DNA of 64,000 nucleotides from assembly GCA_965247115.1 (NCBI GenBank), contig CBDFGR010000002.1:1792001-1856000 (forward strand). The letters are read 5' to 3'. This DNA comes from Myxococcota bacterium. Lineage in GTDB: Bacteria; Myxococcota_A; UBA9160; SZUA-336. Below, piece by piece: positions 28,154 through 37,497 of the stretch. The notes under the pieces were generated by a model. That model saw only the letters and a program-made list of their open reading frames with translations. It had not been told where the DNA came from and did not search any database. The translations under genes were made by a program, and so were the position numbers. How positions within the stretch are numbered: position 1 is the first letter of the stretch; every line of letters begins with the position of its first letter.

Positions 28154-29275
28154 GTGGGCGTCGTGGTCATCGTCGGAACTGCGAAGGGGGCCGCGCTGCT
28201 CCGCTCGGACGACAAGCGCGAGAGCTGGGAGATCGATGCCCTGGAGTTCAAGGGCTGGATCGTAACCGCGGCTACTCGCGATAGCGGCGGCCGCTACTAC
28301 GTCGGGGTCACGAGTGACGTCTACGGGACCGCGATCCTCGCGAGCGACGACGGCTCGTCCTGGCAACAGCTCGAGAGCGCACCGCGCTACGAGCCGACCG
28401 ATGCCGGGAACGAGGGGCACAACCGCATCATCGGGGCCATGGATCCAATGGGCCACTTCATGGGCTCGAACCGCCACGTGGACCAGATCTGGCGCCTGCA
28501 CGCGGTGGGCGGCGTGGTCTATGCGGCCGTCTCCGAGGCGGGGCTCTTCCGCTCCGACGATCGCGGCAAGGGATGGGAACCCGTTCGCGGCCTCAACGAG
28601 CACCCCACGCGTCCGAGCTGGGGCGCAGGCTTTGGCGGGCTCTGCGCTCATTCGATCCTCGTCGACGAGCGGAATCCGGAACGACTCTGGGTCGGGATCT
28701 CCGCGGCGGGGGTCTTCCGTTCCGACGACGGGGGTGAGACCTGGGCGGAGAAGAACGACGGCGTCGTGGAGAGCGAGGGCTTCTGCGTGCACTCTCTCGC
28801 TCACGATCCGCGGGCGGCGGATCTGATCTACCGCCAGGACCACCGCGGCATGTATCGGAGCCGGGACGCCGGGGACTCGTGGCAGCGGATCGAGAACGGG
28901 CTGCCGATCGGAGAGCTCTCGGACGGGTTGAACTGTGTATTTGGCTTCGCCGTCGAGCTGGATCCCACGAGCAACTCGGTCTACGCCCTCCCTCTAGAAG
29001 GCGACAACTTCCGCTTCCCGCCAGAAGGAAAGCTCGCGGTGTACCGGAGCCAGGATGGCGGCGATACGTGGAAGGCGCGCTCGTCCGGCCTCCCTGACGG
29101 ATGTTTCGCGAGTGTTCTTCGCGGCGCGATGGCAGTCGATCCGTTCGACCCCTGCGGCGTCTACTTCGGAACGACCGCCGGAACGGTCTTCACGAGTCGC
29201 GACCGGGGAGACTCCTGGTCCCAGATCCCGCGTACCCTCCCCAAGGTCCTCTGCGTGGAGGCGTTCGCAGTCTGA
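28154..29275 (+). CDS. BNR/Asp-box repeat beta-propeller (sialidase-like) protein
   Basis: Repeated S.D.G..W boxes (RSDDGGETW, RSRDAGDSW, RSQDGGDTW). Confidence 0.85.
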   Translation: MGVVVIVGTAKGAALLRSDDKRESWEIDALEFKGWIVTAATRDSGGRYYVGVTSDVYGTAILASDDGSSWQQLESAPRYEPTDAGNEGHNRIIGAMDPMGHFMGSNRHVDQIWRLHAVGGVVYAAVSEAGLFRSDDRGKGWEPVRGLNEHPTRPSWGAGFGGLCAHSILVDERNPERLWVGISAAGVFRSDDGGETWAEKNDGVVESEGFCVHSLAHDPRAADLIYRQDHRGMYRSRDAGDSWQRIENGLPIGELSDGLNCVFGFAVELDPTSNSVYALPLEGDNFRFPPEGKLAVYRSQDGGDTWKARSSGLPDGCFASVLRGAMAVDPFDPCGVYFGTTAGTVFTSRDRGDSWSQIPRTLPKVLCVEAFAV

Positions 29276-29292
29276 CGCTGCGTGGCCGCCGA

Positions 29293-29676
29293 ATGAGTCA
29301 GCTCGACGACGCGCGTTATATCAGCCTCGCTACGTTTCGCAAGAGTGGCGTCCGGGTCGACACTCCGATCTGGGCTGCGACACGCGCGGGTAAGCTCTAC
29401 GCGTTCACCGAGGCCGACTCCGGAAAGGTCAAGCGGCTCCGGAACTCCAGCCGGGCCCAGGTTGCGTGCTGCGGCGCGCGGGGGACGCTGCTGGGCGACT
29501 GGGCGGACGCAAGGGCGCAGGTCGTCGAGGACACAGCGACGATCGGGACGGCATACCGGGCGCTCCATGAGAAGTACGGCTGGCAGATGAAGCTCACCGA
29601 CCTGGTTTCCAAGCTGACGGGTCGCTATGCGAAGCGCGCGATCCTCGAGATCGAGGTCCTGGAAGAGGGCTCCTGA
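29293..29676 (+). CDS. PPOX-class F420-dependent oxidoreductase (Rv2061-like)
   Basis: YISLATFRKSGVRVDTPIW, SGKVKRLRN, KYGW. Confidence 0.85.
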   Translation: MSQLDDARYISLATFRKSGVRVDTPIWAATRAGKLYAFTEADSGKVKRLRNSSRAQVACCGARGTLLGDWADARAQVVEDTATIGTAYRALHEKYGWQMKLTDLVSKLTGRYAKRAILEIEVLEEGS

Positions 29677-29740
29677 AGAGGATTGGCCGGTACCAGCGGT
29701 TTGCGGCAGAATGCAGCTGGCACACCCTGAGGAGACGCGG

Positions 29741-31084
29741 ATGACCCTCCAGTCGATGCCCGGATCCAAGCCCTTCCACCTGGAGGGCAATTTCGCGCCG
29801 GTCTTTCCCGAGCTGACCGAGTTCGATCTCGAGGTCACGGGAGCGATTCCGCCAGAGCTGCGCGGCCGCTTCTTTCGCAACGGGTCGAACCCGCAGAGCG
29901 GCTCGTCGCCGCACTGGTTCCTCGGCAACGGCATGATCCACGGCGTGGAGCTCCGCAATGGTCGCGCTACCTGGTACCGGAATCGCTACGTGCGGACCCC
30001 ACTCTTCGAGAACCCCGATGCGCAGGGCATGGCAGCGGACGGCACGCCGGATCGCAGCGCATCGCTCGCAAACACTCACGTGATCTGCCATGCGGGCAAG
30101 ATCATGGCGCTCGAGGAAGGCCACTTCCCCTGGATCGTGTCCCGCGAGCTCGAGACGGTGGGTGTCCACGACTTTGACGGGAAGCTGACGACGGCAATGA
30201 CGGCTCACCCGAGGATCTGCCCCGAGACCGGGGAGCTCCTGTTCTTCGCGTACGGCGCCACCCCGCCGTATCTCACCTATCACCGCGTCGCGGCCGACGG
30301 AACGCTCGTGCAGAGCGAGGAGATCGAGGTCAAGGGTCCGACGATGATGCACGACTGGAACGTGACCCGGAACCACGTGGTCTTCATGGATCTGCCGATG
30401 GTCTTCGACCTGGCGCTCGTCGAGCGAGGGGGCCTGCCCATCCACTGGAGCGACGACTACGGCGCACGCCTCGGTGTCATGCCGCGCGACGGCACGAACG
30501 CGGACGTCGTGTGGTACGAGATCGATCCCTGCTACGTGTTCCATCCCATGAACTCCTATGAGGATGGAGAGCGGATCGTGCTCGATGTAGCGCGCTACCC
30601 CAAGCTCGCATTCGGCCCGGACGACGAGGAGGGCGAGCCCGCCGTCTTGCATCGCTGGATCATCGATTCCGCAGCGGGCAAGGTCATCGATCAGCCGCTC
30701 GACGAACGGCCTGCCGAGTTCCCGCGCGTGGCAGACGCCGCCGTGGGTCTGAAGCACCGCTTCGGCTACATGATGGCGACGGGTGGAGACATGCACTCGT
30801 TCGGCCGCGAGCTGCTCAAGTACGACCTCGAATCCGGGAAGTCGGAGACCTGCCACTTTGGCGCGGGGTTTGCTGCCGGAGAGCCGGTGTTCGTCGCCTC
30901 TCCAGGCGCGGCCGCCGAGGACGCGGGCTGGGTGATCACCTACGTCCACGACGCATCACGAGGCAAGAGCGACCTGGTGATCATCGACGCGACGGACTTC
31001 GCGAAAGGACCGATCGCTCGAGTGCACCTGCCGAGCCGCGTACCTGCCGGCTTCCACGGCAGCTGGATCCCCGACGAGCCGTAA
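29741..31084 (+). CDS. Carotenoid oxygenase (RPE65) family dioxygenase
   Basis: GNFAPV, RNGSNP, TAHP, MMHDW, VFHPMN, GFHGSW (four Fe-binding His). Confidence 0.9.
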   Translation: MTLQSMPGSKPFHLEGNFAPVFPELTEFDLEVTGAIPPELRGRFFRNGSNPQSGSSPHWFLGNGMIHGVELRNGRATWYRNRYVRTPLFENPDAQGMAADGTPDRSASLANTHVICHAGKIMALEEGHFPWIVSRELETVGVHDFDGKLTTAMTAHPRICPETGELLFFAYGATPPYLTYHRVAADGTLVQSEEIEVKGPTMMHDWNVTRNHVVFMDLPMVFDLALVERGGLPIHWSDDYGARLGVMPRDGTNADVVWYEIDPCYVFHPMNSYEDGERIVLDVARYPKLAFGPDDEEGEPAVLHRWIIDSAAGKVIDQPLDERPAEFPRVADAAVGLKHRFGYMMATGGDMHSFGRELLKYDLESGKSETCHFGAGFAAGEPVFVASPGAAAEDAGWVITYVHDASRGKSDLVIIDATDFAKGPIARVHLPSRVPAGFHGSWIPDEP

Positions 31085-31159
31085 CGTCGAGGAGCCGAAG
31101 CTCCGCACTTGCATCGACAGGCCCAGAGCTGCTGAAATCTGTTCACAAGGAGGAAACGG

Positions 31160-32197
31160 ATGAAGCTGGGACTTAGTATCGGGTACTCCGGAGCGGAGCT
31201 GAGTGTTCCCGTGGAGAAGGTCCAGCTGGCGGAGCGACTCGGCTACGACTCGGTCTGGTCCGCAGAGGCCTACGGTTCCGATGCGATCTCACCGCTCGCG
31301 TATCTGGCCGGAAAGACCGAGCGCATCCGCCTCGGCACCGGGATCATGCAGCTCGCAGGTCGGGCGCCGGCCATGGCTGCTATGCAGGCGGCGAGTGTCG
31401 ACGCGCTCGCGGGCGGGAACCGCTTCATCGCAGGGCTCGGCGTCTCGGGTCCCCAGATCGTGGAGGGCTGGTATGGCGAGCCCTGGGGGCGGCCGTACTA
31501 CCGGATCAAGGATTACGTCACAATCATGCGTAAGGTGTTCCAGCGCGAGCGGCCCGTCACGCATCAGGGCAAGGAGATCTCGCTTCCCTACACGGGAGAC
31601 GGGGCAATGGGCATCGGCAAGCCCCTCATGTCCATTCTCCACATGAATCCGAACATCCCGATCTGGCTGGGGAGCGGGACGGAGACGAACGTGCGGCTCG
31701 CAGGTGAGGTGGCCGACGGGCTGCTTCCGCTCGGCTTCGGACCCGACAGCATGGAGCTCTTCAGACCGTGGCTGGAAGAGGGCTTCAAGCGTGCCGGCGG
31801 CGGCAAGTCGATGGCGGACTTCGAGATTCAGCCAGGAGCCGCAGTCATCATCACGAATGACGTGCGCGGGGCACTCCAACGGATGAAGCCAAATACCGCG
31901 CTCTACGTGGGCGGCATGGGCCACCGCGACAAGAACTTCCACAACGACATGATGGTGCGCCGCGGCTATCCCGAGGCGGCGGCGAGGATTCAGGAGCTCT
32001 ACCTGGCCGGTCGCAAGCAGGAGGCGATCGAGGCGGTGCCCGACGAGTTCCTCGACGAGGGCGCGCTCGTTGGCCCTGTCGAGCGGATCAAGGATCGCTA
32101 CCGAGCCTGGGAGGAGTCCGGCGTCACCGGGCTCACGATCAACGCTGCTGAGACCGAGGCCCTCGAGCTGATGGCAGACCTCGCGGGCACCCGCTAG
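31160..32197 (+). CDS. LLM-class F420-dependent oxidoreductase (Rv3520c-like)
   Basis: WSAEAYGSD, GLGVSGPQIVEGWYG, YVGGMG. Confidence 0.9.
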   Translation: MKLGLSIGYSGAELSVPVEKVQLAERLGYDSVWSAEAYGSDAISPLAYLAGKTERIRLGTGIMQLAGRAPAMAAMQAASVDALAGGNRFIAGLGVSGPQIVEGWYGEPWGRPYYRIKDYVTIMRKVFQRERPVTHQGKEISLPYTGDGAMGIGKPLMSILHMNPNIPIWLGSGTETNVRLAGEVADGLLPLGFGPDSMELFRPWLEEGFKRAGGGKSMADFEIQPGAAVIITNDVRGALQRMKPNTALYVGGMGHRDKNFHNDMMVRRGYPEAAARIQELYLAGRKQEAIEAVPDEFLDEGALVGPVERIKDRYRAWEESGVTGLTINAAETEALELMADLAGTR

Positions 32198-32230
32198 CCG
32201 CGGTCTTGGGTGGGATGAGTTCCTGACTCA

Positions 32231-33604
32231 GTGCCGGATCTCGCGGTAGACCCGTATACGGTCCGGGCTGGCGAAGCGCAGCCAGCACCCCCGCGGTTCA
32301 GGGAGAGGCTCCGTCATCTCGGTCCCAGCGTGATCGTCTCGGGCTCCGTGGTGGGGTCGGGCGAGATCATTCTCACGTCGAGTCTTGGCGCTGCAGCGGG
32401 CTTCGCCCTGCTGTGGTGGGTCCTCGTCTCGTGCTGGAGCAAGTCCCTGGTCCAGGCCCAGCTCTCTCGCTACGTCATCGTCACGGGAGACACGTATCTA
32501 CGCGCGATGAATCGGCTCCCGGGCCGCCTGCCCGGTCCCAGAGGGTCGATCGCATGGCCCATCTGGCTCGGCTTGGTCGCATTCGTTCCCGGAGTTCTGG
32601 GACTCGGCGGGATTCTCGGCGGCGCCGGTCAGGCCCTGGCCCTTCTCGTGCCCGCTATCGACGGGAGCGCCGGCACCGCTCTTGTGGCGTTTGCGACGGC
32701 CGGATTCCTCGCCACGCGTTCCTACGCCAGACTCGAGCGGGCAATGCTCGGGCTCGTCTGCAGCTTCACGCTCGCAACCCTCGTCTGCTCCATCACCATG
32801 CAGTTCACGGAGTTCGGCATCTCTAGAAGTGACCTTGCGGCTGGTTTTGCCTTCGACTTCCCGTTCGAGCACCTGGCCCTCGCCCTCGCTGTCTACGGGT
32901 ATACGGGAGTCAACTCGGGAGAGATCGCCGCGTACACCTATTGGTGTGTCGAGAAGGGCTACCCGAGCTACGTCGGTCACGATCGCGACGACCCGGAGTG
33001 GGTCGCACGTGCGCGTGGCTGGACCAAGGTACTGCACGCGGACGTCTGGGTGGCGCTCATCATTCTCACCTGCGCAACGCTGCCCTTCTACATTCTCGGC
33101 GCGGGCGTCCTGCACGCGATCGGCGAGCAGCCCAAGGGCCTGGAGACGATCACGGCTCTCTCAAACATGTTCACCCAGACACTCGGTCCGTGGGCCGTAT
33201 GGCTTTTCGGGTTTGGCGCCTTCTTCATTCTGTTTTCTACCGCGCTGTCCGCAATCGCGGCCGGCGGTCGCTTCGTCCCCGACTACCTGATCGAGATGGG
33301 CTTCTTCGCTCGCAGAGACCTCGGGCGCCGACACGCGTTCACGCGTGGGTACACCATGGTCGTCCCCCTGCTGGCCCTCCTCCTCTACCTGACAGTCCAG
33401 AACCCGGTGCTGCTCGTGACGATCGGGGGCCTGACCGCCGCGATGCTTCTGCCCATCCAGACGGGCGCCACCCTGTGGCTACAGGCAAGGCACATGGACT
33501 CGCGGGTCCGTCCGGAACGCGGCACGAGAGGCGCTGTGTGGGCGATCTTCGTATTCCAGGTGCTGATGGCGCTGCTAGTCGTGCGGTACGTGGTGCTCGG
33601 CTGA
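32231..33604 (+). CDS. NRAMP-like (APC superfamily) transporter
   Basis: LGPSVIVSGSVVGSGE, YTYWCVEKGY, about 11 hydrophobic helices. Confidence 0.75.
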   Translation: MPDLAVDPYTVRAGEAQPAPPRFRERLRHLGPSVIVSGSVVGSGEIILTSSLGAAAGFALLWWVLVSCWSKSLVQAQLSRYVIVTGDTYLRAMNRLPGRLPGPRGSIAWPIWLGLVAFVPGVLGLGGILGGAGQALALLVPAIDGSAGTALVAFATAGFLATRSYARLERAMLGLVCSFTLATLVCSITMQFTEFGISRSDLAAGFAFDFPFEHLALALAVYGYTGVNSGEIAAYTYWCVEKGYPSYVGHDRDDPEWVARARGWTKVLHADVWVALIILTCATLPFYILGAGVLHAIGEQPKGLETITALSNMFTQTLGPWAVWLFGFGAFFILFSTALSAIAAGGRFVPDYLIEMGFFARRDLGRRHAFTRGYTMVVPLLALLLYLTVQNPVLLVTIGGLTAAMLLPIQTGATLWLQARHMDSRVRPERGTRGAVWAIFVFQVLMALLVVRYVVLG

Positions 33605-33623
33605 ATTCAGCGCGAGCGGGCGC

Positions 33624-34631
33624 TCAGCCGAGCAGCGCACGGGCGCGCTCGACGAGGGGTCGCTGCGAGAGCGCCGTGATCTCCCAGGTGGGATCCGGAC
33701 GCTTCCCCCGGCGATGCAGGCCGAGGTTGAAGCCCGTGATGAGCGCGAACTTGTAGGCGGCCAGGGCGCGGAACCAATTCAGCTCCGGCAGCCGGTCCTG
33801 ATAGGCCGCTGCGTACATGTCGACCAGCTCGTCCGCGCCGGGCCAGAGGCCGCCGCCTGCCACGCCGCGGGCCTCGTCCCAGGCCTCGGGGTCGTTGAAG
33901 GTGGCGACCCAGCCCACGTCGTTCAAGGTGGCTCCGACTCCAACGAGCTCCCAGTCGATGACAGCGAGGAGCTCGCCGTCCGGCGCGAAGAACAGGTTCG
34001 CGGTCTGGAAGTCGCCATGGAATACGCCGACGGGCGCGTCTGCCGGGATCCGCGCCAACAATCGCTCTCTCACGTCGGGGATACCGGAGAGGGCCTCCGG
34101 ATCGGCAGCGCGCTCGAATAGGCGGTCCCAGCGCGTCACGTCCTGATCGAAGGGAATCGGCTCACCCAGGTACGGCACGCGCTCGACGGCGAGCCGATGG
34201 ATGTTCGCCAGCGCCGTCATCGCTTGCTGCGCGGTTCCCCGCAGGGTGTCAGGATCGAGCTTGCTCCCCCAGTCTCCAGGTCCGAGACGCAGCACGTCGC
34301 CTTCGAGCCTCGGCACCACGAAGTAGGGCCTGCCGAACCACTCGAGGTCGTCGCCGGACCAGTGCACAGAGCAGTGCGGGACGGGTCCGCCGTCCAGCGC
34401 GTCTAGCACCTCGACCTGGCGGAGCACGTCTGCGGTCCCCCTCCAGTTCACGTTGGGCGGCGGTATGCGCAGGAACCACGACTCCCGGGTCCCTCGGCTC
34501 TCGACGGTGAAGCCGTAGGAGAAGCCGGCGTGCCCCGGCATGTTGTGTACGCCCGAGAGCGTGACGTCCGGATCGTCGTACTTGGCCCTACAGAAGGGTC
34601 CCAGCCTCTCCTCCAGCTCGCCGAGCTCCAT
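33624..34631 (-). CDS. Aminoglycoside phosphotransferase-like kinase (ACAD10/11-type)
   Basis: HGDFQTAN, AVIDWEL. Confidence 0.85.
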   Translation of the reverse strand: MELGELEERLGPFCRAKYDDPDVTLSGVHNMPGHAGFSYGFTVESRGTRESWFLRIPPPNVNWRGTADVLRQVEVLDALDGGPVPHCSVHWSGDDLEWFGRPYFVVPRLEGDVLRLGPGDWGSKLDPDTLRGTAQQAMTALANIHRLAVERVPYLGEPIPFDQDVTRWDRLFERAADPEALSGIPDVRERLLARIPADAPVGVFHGDFQTANLFFAPDGELLAVIDWELVGVGATLNDVGWVATFNDPEAWDEARGVAGGGLWPGADELVDMYAAAYQDRLPELNWFRALAAYKFALITGFNLGLHRRGKRPDPTWEITALSQRPLVERARALLG

Positions 34632-34692
34632 CGCTCTAGTGTACATCGCGTGAACAGCGGGGGTCCGCGGCTGGTAGGCTTCGGGAGCAGTC

Positions 34693-35568
34693 ATGATTCT
34701 CGTGGTCGGAGCTACAGGTCAGGTCGGAGGTCCGGCGGTCGCGGAGCTCCTGGAGAGGCGTGCGTCGCTGCGGGCGCTGGTGCGATCGAGCGAGAAGGGC
34801 CGCGACCTGGCCGGGCGAGATGTGGAGCTGGCCGTTGGAGACCTCGAGGACATCGACTCCCTCATTTCCGCACTGCGCGGTGTCGAGTCTGTCTTGCTCG
34901 TGTCCGCGATCGATCCGCGGCAGGTCGAGCTCCAGGGGAACCTCGTTGCGGCGGCGCGTCGCTGTGGGGTGGCCCACATCGTCAAGCTGTCTGGCCTGGC
35001 CACTGCGCTCGACTCCCCGGTCCGAAGTGGGCGCTGGCACGCCGAGACGGAGGCGGCGATCGCCGACTCGGGAATGGCCTACACGTTCCTGCGCCCCCCC
35101 TTCTTCCTCCAGAACCTGCTGCGTTTCGCGCCGGCCGTTGCCGAGCATGGCGTGCTCCCGAGCAGGATGGATCCCGCGACGACAATCGCGATGGTCGACA
35201 GCCGTGACGTGGCCGCCGTAGCGGTGGGGTGTCTCGTCGATCCCCGTCACCGCGGCTGCGTCTACGACGTGACGGGGCCAGAGGCGCTGACCTACGGCGA
35301 CGTCGCGCGACGGCTCGAGCTGCTCCTGGGACGCCGCGTCGAGCGAGTGAGGGTCCCCGAGCATGTCGGCCGCGAGAACTTGCTCGAGCAGGGTCCCGAG
35401 TGGCACGCCGACCTCACGCTGGAGTTCGACCGAGCCTTCGCCGCGGGGCTCGGTGCAAAGGTCACCACCGTCGTCCAGGACGTTACGGCCCGCCCCGCCC
35501 GCGACCTGGACACCTTCCTCCATGAACACCGCCCCCATTTCGAGGAGTACCCGAGGGCAGAGCTATAG
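34693..35568 (+). CDS. NmrA-like atypical SDR
   Basis: ILVVGATGQVG, LRPPFFLQN, VDSRDVA, TGPEALT. Confidence 0.85.
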   Translation: MILVVGATGQVGGPAVAELLERRASLRALVRSSEKGRDLAGRDVELAVGDLEDIDSLISALRGVESVLLVSAIDPRQVELQGNLVAAARRCGVAHIVKLSGLATALDSPVRSGRWHAETEAAIADSGMAYTFLRPPFFLQNLLRFAPAVAEHGVLPSRMDPATTIAMVDSRDVAAVAVGCLVDPRHRGCVYDVTGPEALTYGDVARRLELLLGRRVERVRVPEHVGRENLLEQGPEWHADLTLEFDRAFAAGLGAKVTTVVQDVTARPARDLDTFLHEHRPHFEEYPRAEL

Positions 35569-35580
35569 TCTCTGTGGATC

Positions 35581-36330
35581 ATGCTTTCTGACCGCTCCAT
35601 CCAGCACAGCCTCGCCTTGAGAGCTCTCATCATCGCGGGCCTCGTGGCCTTCGGGTTCTTCCTCGTGACCGAGCGGGGCATGCTGGCCTCCGCGTTGCAG
35701 AGTGATCGCAGCTACATCTCGTACGTCATCCTGCTGATCTACGTGATCGCAAGCGGGCACTGGCTGCTGCTCGCCATTCGCATGTCCGGAGAGCGGAATC
35801 GTCTCGAGCGGGTCGAGCACGGTCTGAAGAACGGAGACGAACCCGGGCTGGAGGTCACCGATGTCGGTGTTCGCTGGGGGTCCGAGGAGTGGACGGCAGG
35901 AGACCTGGCCCAGTACCTGCGGGGGGTGCTGATCGTGCGGGAGTACGCCGCCCCGGGCGGGGAGCAGGGCACGCTCACCGCAACGCTGGGAGACGTCATC
36001 GCGAATCGCCACGCGGCTGGGCACTTCTTCAGCGACACGCTGCTCAAGCTCGGGCTGCTCGGCACGATGGTCGGTTTCATCCTGATGCTGCTGCCGGTCT
36101 CAGGGATGCAAAGTTTCGAGCCCGCACTCGCACAGCAGCTCCTGCGCGAGATGAGCAGCGGCATGGCCGTCGCGCTCTACACGACGCTGGCCGGGCTCGT
36201 GACGAGCACGCTGCTGAAGCTCCAGTACCAGATCCTCGACACCTCGGCGCAGGACTTCCTGAACCGCGTCGCGTTCATGACGGACGTGCACCTCGCAACG
36301 TCTTCGGTGGGACCCGAGAGTGGCAACTAG
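35581..36330 (+). CDS. MotA/TolQ/ExbB family membrane protein
   Basis: KLGLLGTMVGF and GMAVALYTTLAGL helices. Confidence 0.85.
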   Translation: MLSDRSIQHSLALRALIIAGLVAFGFFLVTERGMLASALQSDRSYISYVILLIYVIASGHWLLLAIRMSGERNRLERVEHGLKNGDEPGLEVTDVGVRWGSEEWTAGDLAQYLRGVLIVREYAAPGGEQGTLTATLGDVIANRHAAGHFFSDTLLKLGLLGTMVGFILMLLPVSGMQSFEPALAQQLLREMSSGMAVALYTTLAGLVTSTLLKLQYQILDTSAQDFLNRVAFMTDVHLATSSVGPESGN

Positions 36331-36943
36331 GCTGCATCGGCGCTCGGACGGGCAGGATGCGTTCACGGACGTCCTGTTCAACACGCTCCTGGGCTTTGCG
36401 TTCATGTTCGTGGTCGCGTTCTCGTTCATGGGCGATCCCCGGAAGACGGGAGCCGTGGATGCGAAGGCGGAGGTCCTGATCACCGTGCGCTGGCCCGACG
36501 GTCATCCGGACGACATAGACACCGTCGTCGAGGATCCGCTAGGAAATCTGGTCTGGTACCACAATCAAGCCACGGAGCTGATGCACCTGGATCGCGACGA
36601 TCGCGGAACCTACGCAGATCGTCTTCGCATCGACGGTCGCGAGGTATCGAACCCGATCAACCAGGAGATCGTCTCGCTGCGCTCCCTGCTCCCGGGTGAG
36701 TACGTGGTCAACTTGCTCCACTACAAGGCGAACTACAGCGCGCCCGTACCCGTGACTGTCACCGTGGAGAAGCTGAACCCCGAGGTACAAGTCGTCTATT
36801 ACGGGAGCCACGACTTGGTGGGCGCCGGCACCGAACTTACCGCCGTTCGCTTCGTGCTGGATAGCGACGGGGCCATCGCTCACGTGAGTAGCGCTCCCAA
36901 GCCCCTGCTGGTGCGCGCGGTGTCCGGCAAGCCGGCCTCATGA
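36320..36943 (+). CDS. Hypothetical single-TM protein, ExbD/MotB-like partner
   Basis: FTDVLFNTLLG helix with Asp, followed by W..DDID..LDRDDRG domain; overlaps upstream gene. Confidence 0.7.
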   Translation: MATRLHRRSDGQDAFTDVLFNTLLGFAFMFVVAFSFMGDPRKTGAVDAKAEVLITVRWPDGHPDDIDTVVEDPLGNLVWYHNQATELMHLDRDDRGTYADRLRIDGREVSNPINQEIVSLRSLLPGEYVVNLLHYKANYSAPVPVTVTVEKLNPEVQVVYYGSHDLVGAGTELTAVRFVLDSDGAIAHVSSAPKPLLVRAVSGKPAS

Positions 36944-37497
36944 CCATCCTGCTCGCGCTGGCCTACGCGATCATCGCCGCGCTGCTCCTCAACCTGGGAC
37001 TGGCCACGGCCTGGAGCGCTCGGGTCAAGGTCGGTGCCGTGCTGCTGGTCTCCCTGTTCTACGGCATGACCTACCTTGGGATTCGCGCGCTCGAGGGCTG
37101 GCCGACGGGTGAGCCTCTCCCGGGCGACTTCCGCGTGCACTGGATCAGCGTCGACGAGCCCGACAAGGCGTCTGGATCGGACGGCGCGATCTACTTCTGG
37201 GTGCGCTCTCTCGACGAGGCAGGGCTGCCGATCGGAGAGCCCCGCGCGCACGCTGTCCCGTACGACGAGCAGACGGCCGACGCGGCGCGTGAGGCCTTGG
37301 CGCGGATGGAAGGGGGCAAGCGGCTGGACGGCCGGATGACGATGACGGTGATCGAGCCGAGCGAGCGCGACCCAGAAGAGGCATCTGTCCTCAGCGACGC
37401 AGCGGTAGGCAACGATCCGAATGGACCCGAGGAGCGCCTGGTCTTCGAGTTCCGGGACGTGCCGCCGCCGACGCTTCCCGCGAAGCCGCCGCTCTAG
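36940..37497 (+). CDS. Hypothetical membrane-anchored protein
   Basis: Two N-terminal TM helices, LEGWPT, EP..GAIYFW..EPRAH; ATGA overlap. Confidence 0.7.
   Translation: MTILLALAYAIIAALLLNLGLATAWSARVKVGAVLLVSLFYGMTYLGIRALEGWPTGEPLPGDFRVHWISVDEPDKASGSDGAIYFWVRSLDEAGLPIGEPRAHAVPYDEQTADAAREALARMEGGKRLDGRMTMTVIEPSERDPEEASVLSDAAVGNDPNGPEERLVFEFRDVPPPTLPAKPPL

Noticed and set aside
35581..37497. Zorya (ZorAB) or flagellar stator
   Set aside because: No long ZorA tail, no OmpA-like peptidoglycan-binding domain, no zorC/D/E or flagellar genes
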